DNA of 64,000 bases from Lingula anatina (Eukaryota > Animalia > Brachiopoda). This document shows positions 14,272-27,265 of the stretch, piece by piece. A program made the translations under genes and the position numbers. Location of the stretch: the NCBI GenBank assembly GCA_051362555.1, contig CM120644.1, positions 6,332,954 through 6,396,953 on the forward strand. Reading direction: 5' to 3'. The notes under the pieces were generated by a model that worked only from the letters and a program-made list of their open reading frames with translations, was not told the DNA's origin and ran no database searches. Position 1 is the first letter of the stretch. The number at the start of each line of letters is the position of its first letter.

Positions 14272-15879
14272 ACGCTGTGAACTCTTGATTATACATATCA
14301 CCTGGGGCAACTAGAAGCAAAAATATTACAAGAAAAAAAACGTTGAAATAATAAAAAAAAAAAAATAAAAATAAAACAGATCGATGAAACACCATCGCTG
14401 AAGGACACATCGTATGCATCAGAGAGAGAGAGGAAGAGAGAGATTGAATTACCTGAAACTCGAGTCCATGTTTTTCTCTGCAGTACTCCTTAAGTCTGGG
14501 GTAGACCTCTTCCATGAATGCATTGCGCTCAAGAGTGGTGTCTGAAATAGTGATAATAATAATAATTAAATTAAATTATATTTTGATTTTTGTCTCGCAT
14601 TTCGCTTCAATTTTTTTTAATAATTGAGAGCGATCGAGCGAGATGGGGGTCACTTGTATTTAGTAGTGTAGGCGACCAATAATTACTTTGAAATCTGTCA
14701 ACAAAGCGAGCCGTGAGGTCTGAGATTAGGACATAGCGAGATATCAGTATGCTAGGGATTACCTGGATTATCTCATATCAAATGTCAATACAGTGATAAT
14801 CACTCGGAGAACGGGCGATTTAACAACGCCACTGTTAATGGGACAAGGGTCCCACACCTGCGTCCAAAATGGTTAAGGGTGCGATCACAATGAATCTATC
14901 GCACCAGTCTCTCTGCACTAACTCCCGCTGAAAGCAATCAGGTTAACAGACTAACTCCTGGCGTTCAGTAGAGTAGCTGGTGATTATATGAGTGCGTTAC
15001 AAGAAAGAGGAGACGTGTAAGTCTGCTAATCTGATCGCATTTTCGTGGAGTTAGTGTACAGAAGCTGAATTTATCGTGACCCTTACACTGTTGTCTTCGA
15101 GGTGTTCTAATAGTTTGATCACTGTCATACATAATGATTGTATGTGACGACACACGAATTGGTGAAATAAATCCAATAAACTTGTATTTACTTTTAAAAA
15201 TACATGATTTATTTGAAGGCCCATTTTATGTCCTGAAATGAGTGTTTATTCTGATAGGACGGAACAGTTGCCTTAAGGGGTGATCTTTTTGAACCGGATT
15301 TTCGAGAACTAATAATTTAAAATAATTGTCAATAACGTACCAAATTAAGGTACTCTCAATGCTGGCATGAAATCCACACCGCTTACCACAAAAGTTTTTT
15401 TTTATTTGCATCGATTTTAATAGAACCAGGCTTAAATTTGTTACTGAAACAAACAACTTAACGTAGTGATTACATGTATTAGTCGAGTGTTATGCTCAAT
15501 AGAAATAGATCGACAACTTGCAAGAAAAAATTCTCAAACTAAGAATGAAAAAGGAGAAAGAAAGAGAAGAAAAAACAATAGCGCGTAGGAGTAAATAAAA
15601 CAGCCACTATGTTATTTTTCTAACTAAAACATTACTCTAATCCAGTGAAAAACCCTTCAATTTCCCACTGTCGTGTGAAATGAATACTCGTCACCCTGAT
15701 TTAGTAAATCTAATCGATTGGATAAGTGCCCTGCACATTAAGTGTATGTCCTTGATTTTCTCTGGGTCTCTTAAAGCGTTGTGGGGACGTATCACGCGCC
15801 CATTAGAACTTCGTTAATTGACACTCCGGGGGTCTAAGTAAGTAAAGTTAACGTTGCAATATTGAGCTGAATTATTTTT

Positions 15880-15933
<54 letters not shown>

Positions 15934-18900
15934 AAGGTCGGATAGAGAAATGGGAAATCAAATTTGTTAAATCTGAAACAGCAAAATAAAAAAAGTGAAA
16001 AGGAGAGAATATATAAAAAAGTGCTAATATGAAATGACGTTAAGTGCAAAGAAAGAATTGCCAAAACGAAAATAAACGAGGCAAAGCAATGACTCTGGAT
16101 ATAAGCAGCAGTAATTATTTGAGCTTATTTCCAGTTGTAAAAATTGTATCCCCCGTTAATCATAGGCAAACAGCAACTTATCTATGTACACGTTCTTCAA
16201 TATTTGACAATATTGACATTAAAGACAAAAGAGTGACATCCGTAGAGTAACTAGGGCAAACCGTTCGTCGCACTTTTAAACAGAAAGTACTCGTCAACGC
16301 GGGGGAGGTGCTCAGGCCCATTAAAACGTCCTACACAACCCCGGGCTAATCAAAAGCGGCATGGGCTCGTTAAACCATTTTATTTAACGCTAAACCAAAG
16401 TCCCTTTTCACCATGAAGGCAATTTATATCGCAGTGCATGCAAATGAAAGATTAAAAATCAATCCAGCAATTCTATAAGACCTTCTTGCGTTAGAACGTA
16501 TCATTTATTCTCCAAGCTTTGCGGGAGGTTTTTCTCAGCCTCCCGTTTCGCGTTATAATATCCGGCGCATACATATTACATAAAATTTATATTCAAGGGG
16601 GTAAAAAACAACTGGTTCTAATCGCGGTAACGTTCTTTTATTACCTATAATTTTGCTTTATTGGCTGCTGCCTTTGATTCCCCTTAGGAACAAAACATAT
16701 TTTGTAAACTATATTGTAATAAAAATTTTTCATGCATCTGTGGTGAGTTCACACGTGGAACAAGAAGTTCGGTTTGAGATCTCCCTAAATGACTAGTTTA
16801 GTAGCCACTTTTTTTTAATTAAAATCAAACTGTTTTTTCTACTGCGTAATTTCTTTATTCTTTTTTTATGTTATAGTGAGCATCATCTGTCGTCCATTTA
16901 GTAACAAAATCTAAGGTAAAAATGGTAAAAGCCAACTGAGACAAAACTTGGCCCCTGCGTCACTCGAGCTCTGTTTGAATTGTCTCTAGAGGCGTTCCAG
17001 AACTGGTAGTAGTCCAACTGGCGTCACCGAAAAGAATTCCTACCCAAATTTAGAGTTTTGAACTTAATATAAAGCAATTAAGCCAGCGATTCCATCTGCA
17101 TTGCAGAAGCTGGAATCAGTTGAATAAGCTGTAAGCGTGCCCAGGACCTGGCCTGCGACGTAAAAACCGACTGACATAAATCGTTTCGTTAAAACGCCAT
17201 TTGAAATGCAAAGATAGATGCACTCAGGATAGTTTGGAAACACACTGTGTCTTACTCTACATTCTCCAACACTCCGTGGGGTCGACTATATATTTAAACG
17301 CTAAAATACTACATGTAGTATAACAGTTGTGGTTGAGAAATGACCTGCGAGTGAAAACCACACCCTGGTTTTCAGCGAAAAATCCCAGGTTTGCTGCCTA
17401 TATAACGTGGTGTGTTTCATAAAATGGATATTTTTCAAGAAAAATGAGACGTGGTCCTGACACTCAGGGTGTAATGGTTGAAATTTAAAGAGAAACGTTA
17501 CCCGTGTTTTTAGGTTTGAAAGGGCAACGGAGGCAATGGAAAGAAAAGGCAATTTTTTCTATAGGTCGCTTTCCCTGCGCTCGAAGCAACTCCTCTACAA
17601 AAGAATGTCTGTCTTATAACTTTATTTCAGTTTGACAAATTCTATCTCGATAAAATGTCTTTCTGTTAGCATTCTGCGTGTCGATTTCGGTACGCTTTCA
17701 TTTTTTTCTTAATGTAAGATATATGTACATTAAGTTGCATGTATACGAGAAATTTATCATGCACATTGTATAGCGGCAGTAGTTTAGAGAGCCTATTAAT
17801 ATAAAGCATCATCATCATCATCATCATCGTTATTTTCATTAACATTCATATTGTTTTTCATTTATTATTTTTGTTATTGAAGCTGTGAGAAGGAAGAGGA
17901 GGAGGAAGAAGAGTGGGAGGAGGGGGTTCATTTCGTTTCGTTTTTTCATACCCTCTTTCAAGCGAAAAAAATAGGGGGGAAATACGTACTTCCAAATCAG
18001 AGGGAGGGGGACACTGTACTCCTCCTCGGATCCATCGTTGAATAACTTCTCAACACCGTGTTTTCAATCACAACTCGAGAAAGCTGATGGTATTTACTGA
18101 CGCTATACATCAAAACCATCCATGTTTTGTCGACTACAAGATTTTCAGTTGGAGCCCAGCCACAGAGTACGTGAAAACCATTCATAAGTATCCACAGGGC
18201 GTCAATGAGACTTTTTGGAGGGGGGCCCTTGTCGTGGATAAGAAGAAGAAAGCCGATGCTAAGGGACATGTAGTATTAAAGAGATAATTTACTTAAGTTA
18301 TGTTGACAAGAGGTGGTACGTCATTCAAGAAGATAAGACATGATGTGATCTTTATGTACACATATTAGAGCACCGTTTCGTAACTCACAGCGTAGCATTA
18401 AAAGAGAATCATACTGGGGTATTAGGTTTCAATTTAAGCTACACATATAGAAAAGTGCTTTTCCAATTTTTCAGGTGTCAGTGACTGGTCTTGTTTGCAA
18501 ATTGGGACAATTTCACAATATATATTACATGCCTCACCTGCGTTCAACTGAGGAAATTCATTCTGATCTTGTTTATAGTTTTTCGGTCTTACACAAATCA
18601 TTTTACTCAGATATAATCAAATAAATCACAGCACACAGACATCATACGCCATGGTGGGCCATACAGTATATGGACGGTGGATTTTTGTAGGTGGAGTTCG
18701 AAGACAGCTTTGCGGTATTTTCTTATTGAAAGCACTCCTAAAAGGGAATTTATACGCGCCCCGGTGTTGAATAAAAACTGCCGTGGAATGTTTTCATTAA
18801 TGGGGAAACGCAGCGCGTGGTCTACTATAATGCGGTTCTAATGCCAGCTGATCGCCTTGAGTAGTGGAGAGAGAGAGAGAGAGAGAGGGAGGGAGGGAGA

Positions 18901-19183
18901 GAGAGATTTTAGAATATTAACTTTCATTGTCGATCATTCAAACCCTCACCGTCCACTCACCTGTGAATGTCGAACTTGTGAAAATCCGGACGATTTTCGA
19001 TTTAAGCGCTGGCAAGTTCTGCAAAGTTCCTTCAAAAATCCGATCCAAGGTCTCATTCCGTTCAACCGCCTGTTGGTCCAGCGTGACCAGAGAGGCTCCA
19101 GAATTAGTGCGTGACTTCAGAGAGTTCCCCGAGTTTGTCCTCGACTGGAGTAACGGATTTCCAGAATTGGTTCTCGACTCCAT
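1..19183 (-). CDS. NWD2: NACHT and WD repeat domain-containing protein 2-like (N-terminal DUF4062 + NACHT NTPase), 5' part; continues beyond the left edge
   Basis: Six GT-AG exons with compatible phases: 19183-18961, 14541-14453, 5024-4908, 3112-2909, 2543-2399, 524-<1. Spliced translation includes IVRIFTSSTFT/DTTLERNAFMEEVYPRLKEYCREKHGLEFQ/VVDMRWGVRDEATDDHMTTDLCMQEISNCQRLSMGPNFV/VLLGQKYGYRPIP...YFMS/VTEREIQHG...PLVLSGESGCG, the NWD1/NWD2 DUF4062 signature followed by the start of a Walker A motif. WD40 repeats are outside the window; NWD1 versus NWD2 cannot be resolved. Confidence 0.92.
3505..3718. mobile_element. MITE, PIF/Harbinger-like, with TAG target-site duplication
   Basis: Left end GACTCTATTCCCAGAGAT versus reverse complement of right end GGGCGTATTCCCATAGAT; flanked by TAG at 3502-3504 and 3719-3721. 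Confidence 0.6.
5100..5263. mobile_element. Short non-autonomous Ginger-like element (TGT...ACA ends, CCGG-type target)
   Basis: Starts TGTGACG after TCGG (5096-5099) and ends TTTTGTTACA before CCGG (5264-5267). TGT..ACA termini with a 4-bp CCGG target are Ginger-type hallmarks. Confidence 0.5.
5326..8111. repeat. Long tandem repeat: units 5326-6476 (1151 bp), 6477-7909 (1433 bp), partial 7910-8111
   Basis: Each unit begins AAAGCGCAC..TTTAACACA..TGAACG and shares long near-identical blocks. Unit 1 lacks about 280 bp present in unit 2; unit 3 is internally deleted and truncated. Confidence 0.92.
7029..7140 (+). pseudogene. tRNA-Asn(GTT)-derived module (pseudo-tRNA or SINE-like head)
   Basis: GGCGCAATCGGTAGCGTGCACAGCTGTTAA resembles the 5' half of eukaryotic tRNA-Asn (A box, CT-GTT-AA loop). 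B box GAGTTCGAATCCC follows after a long insert; the 3' strand of the anticodon stem is missing. Confidence 0.5.
11057..11152. mobile_element. Short MITE (Harbinger-like ends)
   Basis: GGGGCCCATTTCACAAAA versus reverse complement of right end GGGACCTGTTTCACAAAA (15/18); TSD not clean. Confidence 0.5.
12185..12614. mobile_element. Helentron-associated non-autonomous element (HINE/DINE-1-like)
   Basis: Subterminal CTCCGCCAAGG near one end and CCTAGGCGGAG within terminal ACCTCCTAGGCGGAGGT at the other; two internal tandem units of about 120 bp (GATCACCA..AAAATTTCATCAAAATC); (ACAG)n-like microsatellite at about 12538-12570. Confidence 0.75.
13053..13091. repeat. (AAT)n microsatellite
   Basis: Direct reading. 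Confidence 0.9.
15885..15930. repeat. (GA)n microsatellite
   Basis: Direct reading; other GA/CT tracts at about 10157, 14221, 18867, 49378, 54699 and 61683. Confidence 0.9.
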
Positions 19184-22100
19184 CTGGGAGGTGAATTATT
19201 GCCTTTCCCTTCTGTTGTTTATTTGTTTGTTGTTTATTGCTTCTCTACGTTGTTGCTACCCCGCCCGGAGAAGCGAGTCCAAGAGAGGAGGAGGAGTTTA
19301 AAAAGCTGATGGACGGCAGTTGGCGCGAGGGAGGAAGAAGGAGGGCTCGCACGTGTTGGTTTCACCTCAGCCGTCGCTCAGGCACTCTCACCTTAACGGG
19401 GCAAAAGCGACCCCTGAGAGAATCACGTCTTACTTTAAGTCATCTTCGGGGAGGTAGAACTGTTTTTCACCACGACGAACTTAACTGTTAGGCGGCAGAC
19501 TTAACGCATTATTCTTGCGGATGTTGCTTCGAGCCTCAGAACCTCAATTTTTGTCGGCCTCCAGAATTGTTGCTAATAATTAAACCCAGCATACAAAGTC
19601 TATGCCAAGATGTGGTTAGTGGAGCACCATTAACACTATAAAATTTCGAAAATGACGGGATAATCAGGGTAACACCAGTATTTTTGCTTCCAGACTCGGG
19701 CCGGGGCCAGGGACAGGTTATACAGATCTCACTCTGTTCCACAACGCATGGATACTGTTCCGTCTTGCGTTGCCTTGGTCTCGTTCGGCTGAGAGTCAAT
19801 AATATATACCGGATGGGATTTTTTCCTCGTGTTCCACCTGTCTACGACCTCCCATTACGTACCATTAAAGCAGACATAACACTGAAATCAAGGGCTTTTA
19901 TATTCTCAGTTGGTGTAGATTGTTAACCCAGGAACGTTTTCAGTATTGCTGTCAATTGCGGCAGTTGGCGGTTCTTGCCCAGTTGCCTTTTACAGAGTAT
20001 TTTTATATTGCAATTTGTATTTCCTTTTTCCCCCTGTGTTGTTGTTTCTATCGAGAAACTTCCTCTAGTGCCTTGTTCCCGGGGTTAGACACGTGCTTGA
20101 TCACTTTTCACTTTAACCTGGAAAAACAAAAAACATAACGTCATGACCTAATTCTAAAGCGGTAAACACATGTGGAACATATGAAAAGTGCCGCATTCAG
20201 TTATTCAGTGTATAGAATTACTGTGATTTTAATTAGCTTCCGTCTCCTGCGTCTTTGGTCCTGTAAAACTAAACAAAATACCTCTCTAAGATTTCGACTT
20301 TAGAACGCCATTCCACTCTCACGCCCGACCCTACTGAAGAAACACAAAGCTGGATTCAAGTCCGATCCAAGCCAGTAACCCAATCCGTTCTTACGTCGCA
20401 CGATCCCTTCTCATTTTCAAACAGTCGATCCGAGAAACGGCCGCTTTCCTTGAGTCCATACACTTTGTGAGTCCTTTAAACCCAAGGGCGCCTAGTGTCA
20501 ATACGCACGGTTTATTGACTCACGCTCGCCGTACACGGAATAAATTAGGTAGCCATGCTTGGCAATGGATGCAGTACTATAGTCCCGTTAACTTATACAC
20601 TTACTTGAAGTCCCCCTAGTACGGGTAAACCGCGGTGCATGTTTCAAAGATCACCCGACTGGGTTTTACCGAGTGCAAAGTCGCCGGCTTCCCCGTGGTT
20701 GCTTCAATGTATTGGCATTATACAATGTATAATGTTGTGGGCCTTGAACCAAAAAGAAAGAAAAAACAATTGATGGCTCACAGAGGACAGTTCCCAGAAT
20801 AATTATAAAGACGAAAATTGGAAAGGGGAGAGTTCCATGAAAGTGATAATTAACACGGGCTTAACATTTTGCGGATATGTATTAGCTTCACTTAGTTTAA
20901 ATAGCGTGGTCCTTTATGCTAGTCATCGTGTTATATTATGTATTCGATTTACTGTCAGGCAAAATCTATGTTATTTTATAGAAAAGAGCTATATATAGAT
21001 TAAAGAGAAATTATTGAAAAAAATGAGATAGGAGAATGTGAAATGTTTGTAGTAAATGACAGCCCAGGATTTCCAGATAACTGTACTGAGTTCGGTTCTA
21101 ATGAGAGTAACAGCAGTTAGCAAATAAATTAATAAATGATAAAAATAATATACGTGTATGTATTATAGAATATAATATTATAATGAATAGAAAACAAAAG
21201 AAATTATTTTAAAAAAGTCAAATAATGATACATTTTGCAAACAAACACCTCGATTGTGTCATTCTGTATGAGAGAGAGTGAGAGAGTGTGACAAAATGGA
21301 TTTCATTGCTTTTCAACAGACGAGACATTATCATCCGCCCTTGATCGGCAAAGTGCAAAATTGTAATTTTAATAACACTAGAAAAATATGCTGTCTCTAT
21401 TTACATCCAGTCCTCCCCCGCAGCTAAACGTGACGTTGCCATGACACCCGAAGATTTGACTGACGTCTCCAAGCAGCAGGTGTCTAAATGCAGAAAGAAG
21501 AAGGAAAGAGAAGGGAAAAAAAACCCTGTGAATTATAACCAGATGACATCAGTTTTGAAGAGTGGAGTCTACATACCGTTCAATACAACGTGTTTGTTCT
21601 AAACCGCACAAACCATTCAACAAACTCAATGGTGTTAACCAAGTATACGAACGCGTGACTTAACGATAAGGGCGGTCCGATTGCGATGTATGCCAAGGCA
21701 GTATATAATAAACAAACACGTCTAATACGAGTCTTCATTCACGTATAATGTACAGAAATTAAGAAGAATAATTAAATAATTCATAGTTTTAAATGAAAAT
21801 TGCGTCATTAAAGCGAGTGATCAACACGGAATAGTACGACTGGGTCAATTGCGCATGTGGATTTGGAGAACGAGCTGTCTATTGCTATATTAAGTTTATT
21901 GAGGCACGTGTGTTTCATGCACACTTAAAAGTCTTTTTAAAGATTAATTCGATTATTTCAGTTTTTTGTATATCAAAATGCTCCTTTATAATTCCTGTAT
22001 CCTTCATTTATTACATGGTTTCTACATAAATTTGTTCGTATTTCTTGTAAAGACCATGAATAACGGAATAATTACATTCAACAGGATCTTCACGCCTGCA

Positions 22101-23033
22101 AAGATGAAAGATTATTTGTTTATCAAAAGAGTTCTGTTTTTTAAATCATGCTAGTCAAATTCAACTTTTTATCACGGAAGCTTTAAAATAATGATAACAT
22201 ACTCGCTTCACAATGTTCAATGTTCGAAAACCTATTAAGAAGGCAAAACAGTTTCGAGTACCTTCTACGTGTACATGTATATAAGTAACGTACGGTATTT
22301 ACAGACATTGACCGCCGGTGAAACGTAAACATTTTTTGATTGATGGTACAATCCCTTGAGATCGTGAAACATGGTTTGATTTTGCCACTGTAAAGAAAAA
22401 CGCAGTAGAATAACCATAACGTACAAACCATCGCTGACAATCAATATTTAACAAGGATAATAAGGGGCGTTTCCAATATGGCCGCCAAATTACAATCTGT
22501 TCGACAGAATCAAAGTTGCTTGTAAGGGTATCTAAAGGCAGCATTTAATTGTGATAACCCTGCCCTTGAAAGTGACTTCAACAGAAAGGACAAGTGTAAG
22601 GCACGCTGGAATAGCACAAACTGCGACTTAAGGGATCGATTCTCTGATAACACATCTGAGAAAGCCATGGAATAAATGGCAAAAACGTCGATAATCTGTG
22701 CGAAGATAAAGGATTTATACCTTTCTCCGTGCCCCCTCCGGCTAAAAGAGGAAATACTAATAAAATAATTATCTTTAATTACAACCCTATTCAATAGCTG
22801 TATTGTCCAAGAGACGGAAGAGGTTTCAGAAAAAGTTCTCGGACAAGAGGCATAATATAATGACATCTTAGCTCAATTTTTCTAAGATTTCAGAGGGCTG
22901 CCCTATGGTCAATTGCAATGAACTCTGGGCCATCACACGCAAGTAACCTTAGCAGACTCATTAACATGGTGGTAATTAAATCGAGCTATGTGTGATGATT
23001 GTAGTTGCACAATATGAGATAGATAGATAGATA

Positions 23034-23269
23034 CACACACTGGACAATAGAAGTGTCACCCCTACTGAACCAGTACTTTGGGGGAGATAAATGACTGTGG
23101 AATGATATGCTCCTGGTATCATTTTATTAACATCAAATTTTACAAAAAGACCAACAATACAATCCCATGGTACAGCGGTTTTATACTCATGTCACATTAT
23201 AAATAGACCAGGCATTATAACTTTGATTACACTTATTCAGGGGGTGACACTTTTATTGTCCAGTGTGTG
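23034..23269. mobile_element. Tc1/mariner-type MITE inserted in a GATA/GACA microsatellite
   Basis: TIRs CACACACTGGACAATAGAAGTGTCACCCC / GGGGTGACACTTTTATTGTCCAGTGTGTG; TA at 23032-23033 and 23270-23271. Confidence 0.85.
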
Positions 23270-24034
23270 TAGACAGACAGACAGATGGACGGATGGATGG
23301 ATGGATGAATGATGGACAGATGGTACGATACGGATGGAAAGCTAGATAAACGTTCGTTTTAATATTTAAAACGTGTCACATCTTCAAAAGCTCAATCCCA
23401 TTGCAATCGATAGAAAAAATGAAATAATACATAAGACGAAACACTCTTTGTAAGTGTTACGATCGACAAAGCACATTTTTTTCACAATGAAAAACTAATA
23501 AAACCTCAGGATGCCTGAATGATAAATATTTGTCTTTTTTATTTTAAGGTGACTTTGTATTGTTTGTTATGTTTTATATCCTAAGTCCTTGTCATTTTGG
23601 ATGCATATTGATGTCTTGAATAACACTGACAAATAATGTAATGAAATAACAATTTGTTCTGTAGTGTTTGATGTTGTAATTGATGGACAAAATAATTATT
23701 GCGATTTGATTAAATATTCATTTGCATTACTTGAAGTGTTTGCTAAGTTTACTACTTACGGTACTGAGAAACCAATTTCATTGTAAGCTGAGGTGAAATA
23801 GCTAACTTCGTCCTTATATGTGATTTTTCTCAGACAAATGAATTGAATTCACTTAAAGTCTTTGAAGATTTAATTTAAAAAAATCAAATATTGTCGATAG
23901 TCAATCCAAATTACATTTCTTCTTTAACACCATATATATACACTTCATTGTACAATATGCAGTATAAATGACCTCTGTGAAAACAGCCGAATTAACGTTT
24001 GTTAAATGATATCTGTATTGTATCATATTTTCAT

Positions 24035-24071
<37 letters not shown>

Positions 24072-24632
24072 GTAGTAACGAGGGCAGCATACAAGAGGTA
24101 GACGTAGAGACATTTAAGACGGGAGTCAAAATCGTCGATGCTCTTGTATTTAAGCTTCGGTTAACTGATTTAACCCTACACATAGCTGTCCCAAGTGCAA
24201 CAACACACGAGAGCACGTGCGTGTCCAATCAAACTTTTACTGAAAAGACCCGAACGTTAAATCCATGTTACGCAGTGCTCGCGATCGCTTGGAGAGCAAA
24301 TTTATTTTGGTCCACTCACAAATGATTGTAATATTACATTAGTATTAATACTGATGATTGAGTTTGTTGTCGATTATCAAAAATTGTCTGCAATCCTTAT
24401 TTCCCTCACAATGAAGAGGATGAAGAGGATAATTCAGTAAGTATCAAAACATCGTCCGAGCCCCAAGATTGAAGGGTGGGGAGGGGGTGAGAGTGGATCA
24501 AAAACCGTTTTTCGAGCTGTCGCAAATGCCAATCCCCGTGTACATGTAACATGATATTTCACAGAGGAAGTTCCCCTATCATACTATATCTAGCCATGTG
24601 TACTGATATGTCAATACATATACTGTACTCAC

Positions 24633-24743
24633 CTCAACAGTAGTCCAAACGGGACAAAATCTTTCAAATTTCACTTCCAGGGCCTGGGAACTTGGTAACT
24701 GCTTGGAGGCGCTGGAAAGTCTTATTAAGCTGGCTTTTGGCAT
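24633..24743 (-). other. Candidate upstream exon of the NWD2-like gene
   Basis: Strong donor GAG/GTGAGT at 24632-24631. ATG at 24743 gives 37 open codons, in phase with a CAG acceptor (19185-19184) directly before the 19183 ATG. CpG-rich sequence lies upstream (about 24950-25700). No homology support. Confidence 0.35.
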
Positions 24744-25863
24744 GAGGGTCGTTAACACAGGTGAGGAACGGCGAGTATCACACGGTGACAGTACTGTGAC
24801 ACTCAGCTGTTTATCCCCTCCAAACTTGTTTTGACGCGACGTCCATTTACTATAACGTCCAAGCACATGGTGTTGAGATATGTCCTAAGAAATGGTGATC
24901 GTCACGTCGGAACAGCAGTCAGCTTCGTTTAAAATTCTCAAGTACGATGTATAGATCAAAATAAACCACACCGCGAAACCGCGCGTGCAGTGATAAACTA
25001 GGTAGTGTATCCGGCTGAATTTGTCAATGAGCAACGCTATCGGCCTGTAGCTAGGCAAGTTGTATGCTGCCGTGACACGGTGTGTTTAAGTTGCCTGATA
25101 ACTCTTTGACTTTAAACGCGGTCGTCAGGTGGGTCGTAGGGCGGATTGAACGCGCCTGCATTGACGGGAGTGAGGGGGGAAGGGGGGATCTTTTTCATAT
25201 TTTCAGAAACATCCTGTCAGTCCGTTGGAGTTTTCGCTCTGCGTCTGTGCGCGCAAATGGTGTGATCTCTTTCTCAGAAAACGAACTGTTAGCAACTGAA
25301 ACACCTGGTTTGTGTACACAGTGGGAAATTAAAGAGATGATAATGCAGAGCTATTGTAGTGTCCCAATTGTAATTAATCAGATCGATGAGGGTTTTCTCC
25401 GAGCGCGTGTTTTCCCGTGGCGTAGTTACCTGGCATGCAGAAATAACCCCGGAATGAAATGAACAAGTTTTTTTTATGCAATGAACACGGGTTGAAATGT
25501 ACGCAAAATGAAATCAACAACGAGTGAAATGTACACAGAAAGAATGGTATACTGTCAGCGCACGTGTGATTCCTACACTGTTGCCGTCGCTACGAGCGCG
25601 TGAATGATGCCTCCTGCTTCATCGTTGCCGTCGATACGTGGCGTATAGATCAGTATGAGAGCGAGAGTTTTTCCTCCGTCGCCTTCTCCGCGTAAAGTAA
25701 TGAACTGTTTGCGATTTCATCGTTTGCACAGGTAGAGAGTGATGAATTGTCGATACAGGGGTTATAGAAAAACTGCAACTTGAAAGGATTTGAAGCAATA
25801 TTACAATACAGAAATTTGATGGTCTGTGGTGTTAACAAATTATGCGTAGACAGACGTGCGCAC

Positions 25864-25883
25864 GTGTGTGTGTGTGTGTGTGC

Positions 25884-25946
<63 letters not shown>

Positions 25947-25959
25947 AGAGAGAGAGAGA
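25864..25959. repeat. Compound (TG)n(AG)n microsatellite
   Basis: Direct reading; other CA/TG tracts at about 24036 and 27228. Confidence 0.9.
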
Positions 25960-26453
25960 TTTAAAAAAAAACTATTATTTCTGACAATATACTTTCACCA
26001 AAATCACTCATCCAGGCCAATGTTTACCAGTACGACAGGTAGCTGTCTGCTCAACACAATTAACACCAGAACAAACTTTCCTACAATACCACAGTGCCAG
26101 GTCGATACCTTAACAATCCGTCCACATATCTTCGAGGTCCCCTGCGTGTATCCAGGAATCTTTACAAAGGAAACAACTATAGTGCATTTGCTGAAGCAAT
26201 CAATCAGTCGCGAGTCTCCAAGCTATCCAAATCGTAGACGAGGCTTTGTTGCGTGGAAAATCTCGGTATAAATGCAACACTGACTGGAACAAAAAAGTCT
26301 AATAAACCCGGTTAATTAATGCATGAATGCAAATAAAGGTGAGGTGAATGTGAGTGTGATTTTTCGAATGTTTTGAATATGGGAGTGATTTTAACTGGTA
26401 GGATTTCGTTGAGAGAATCCCGAAGCCACTGGCAGAACCTGGCTCTCCTAAAA

Positions 26454-26454
<1 letters not shown>

Positions 26455-26493
<39 letters not shown>

Positions 26494-26531
26494 AATGAAA
26501 TTAAAAAAACTAATAATAAGAATAAGAATAA

Positions 26532-26582
<51 letters not shown>

Positions 26583-26585
26583 ATA
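26455..26585. repeat. Interrupted (TAAA)n microsatellite
   Basis: Direct reading; another tract at about 43270-43325. Confidence 0.9.
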
Positions 26586-27224
26586 GATCAATAACAATGA
26601 TAAAATAAAAAAAAAGGATAATCCTTCATTCATTCTCAGAAGATACGTATAGACACCACATAACACCTGGGAAGGAGATTACTCTTTTGAGTATCTCCCC
26701 TTCCTCACCTTCCAACTACACCATCCCCACCCCACCTCCCCACCCCAATCTCCCCACCACCCAACCCTCCCCACACAAGAGCCACCAGAGATACAGAGTG
26801 ATAAGTGATGAACAAGTTCATAAAAAATGTCCGAGCACGGGTGGAGTGAACAAGTGATTTAAACTACACAAAATTATATTTGGATTTTATGCAAACGTTT
26901 GTATCGTTCCAGTTCTTCCTAATTTCCAACCAATCTGGATCACGATAGTGGATTCTGGTACTTGTACCTATACCTATAATACAGTATATCTTGTTTAATT
27001 TTTCTTCCAAACAAGTGTACAGTTCACTTCAAAGCTTAAGGTAGGCTGGAATCTGTGTTAAACAGTTCTTTTCAATATTCCTATTGGAAATTATATAACA
27101 GGCGCACTGAAGGATGAAATGTAATTTTTTTTATATCTCACGCGATTTTGTAATCTCAAGCAATGACGGGAACGCAGCAGTAGCTAAAACTAAAGTGAAT
27201 GAGTGTGCCTACCTTAGCGTGTGC

Positions 27225-27265
<41 letters not shown>

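Noticed and set aside
18536-18600. Strong minus-strand donor CAG/GTGAGG in NWD intron 1
   Set aside because: Stops in the frames needed to join the next exon and no clear acceptor; cannot support an exon.
21890-22550. Possible Kolobok-like (TTAA) element
   Set aside because: Ends could not be matched as inverted repeats.
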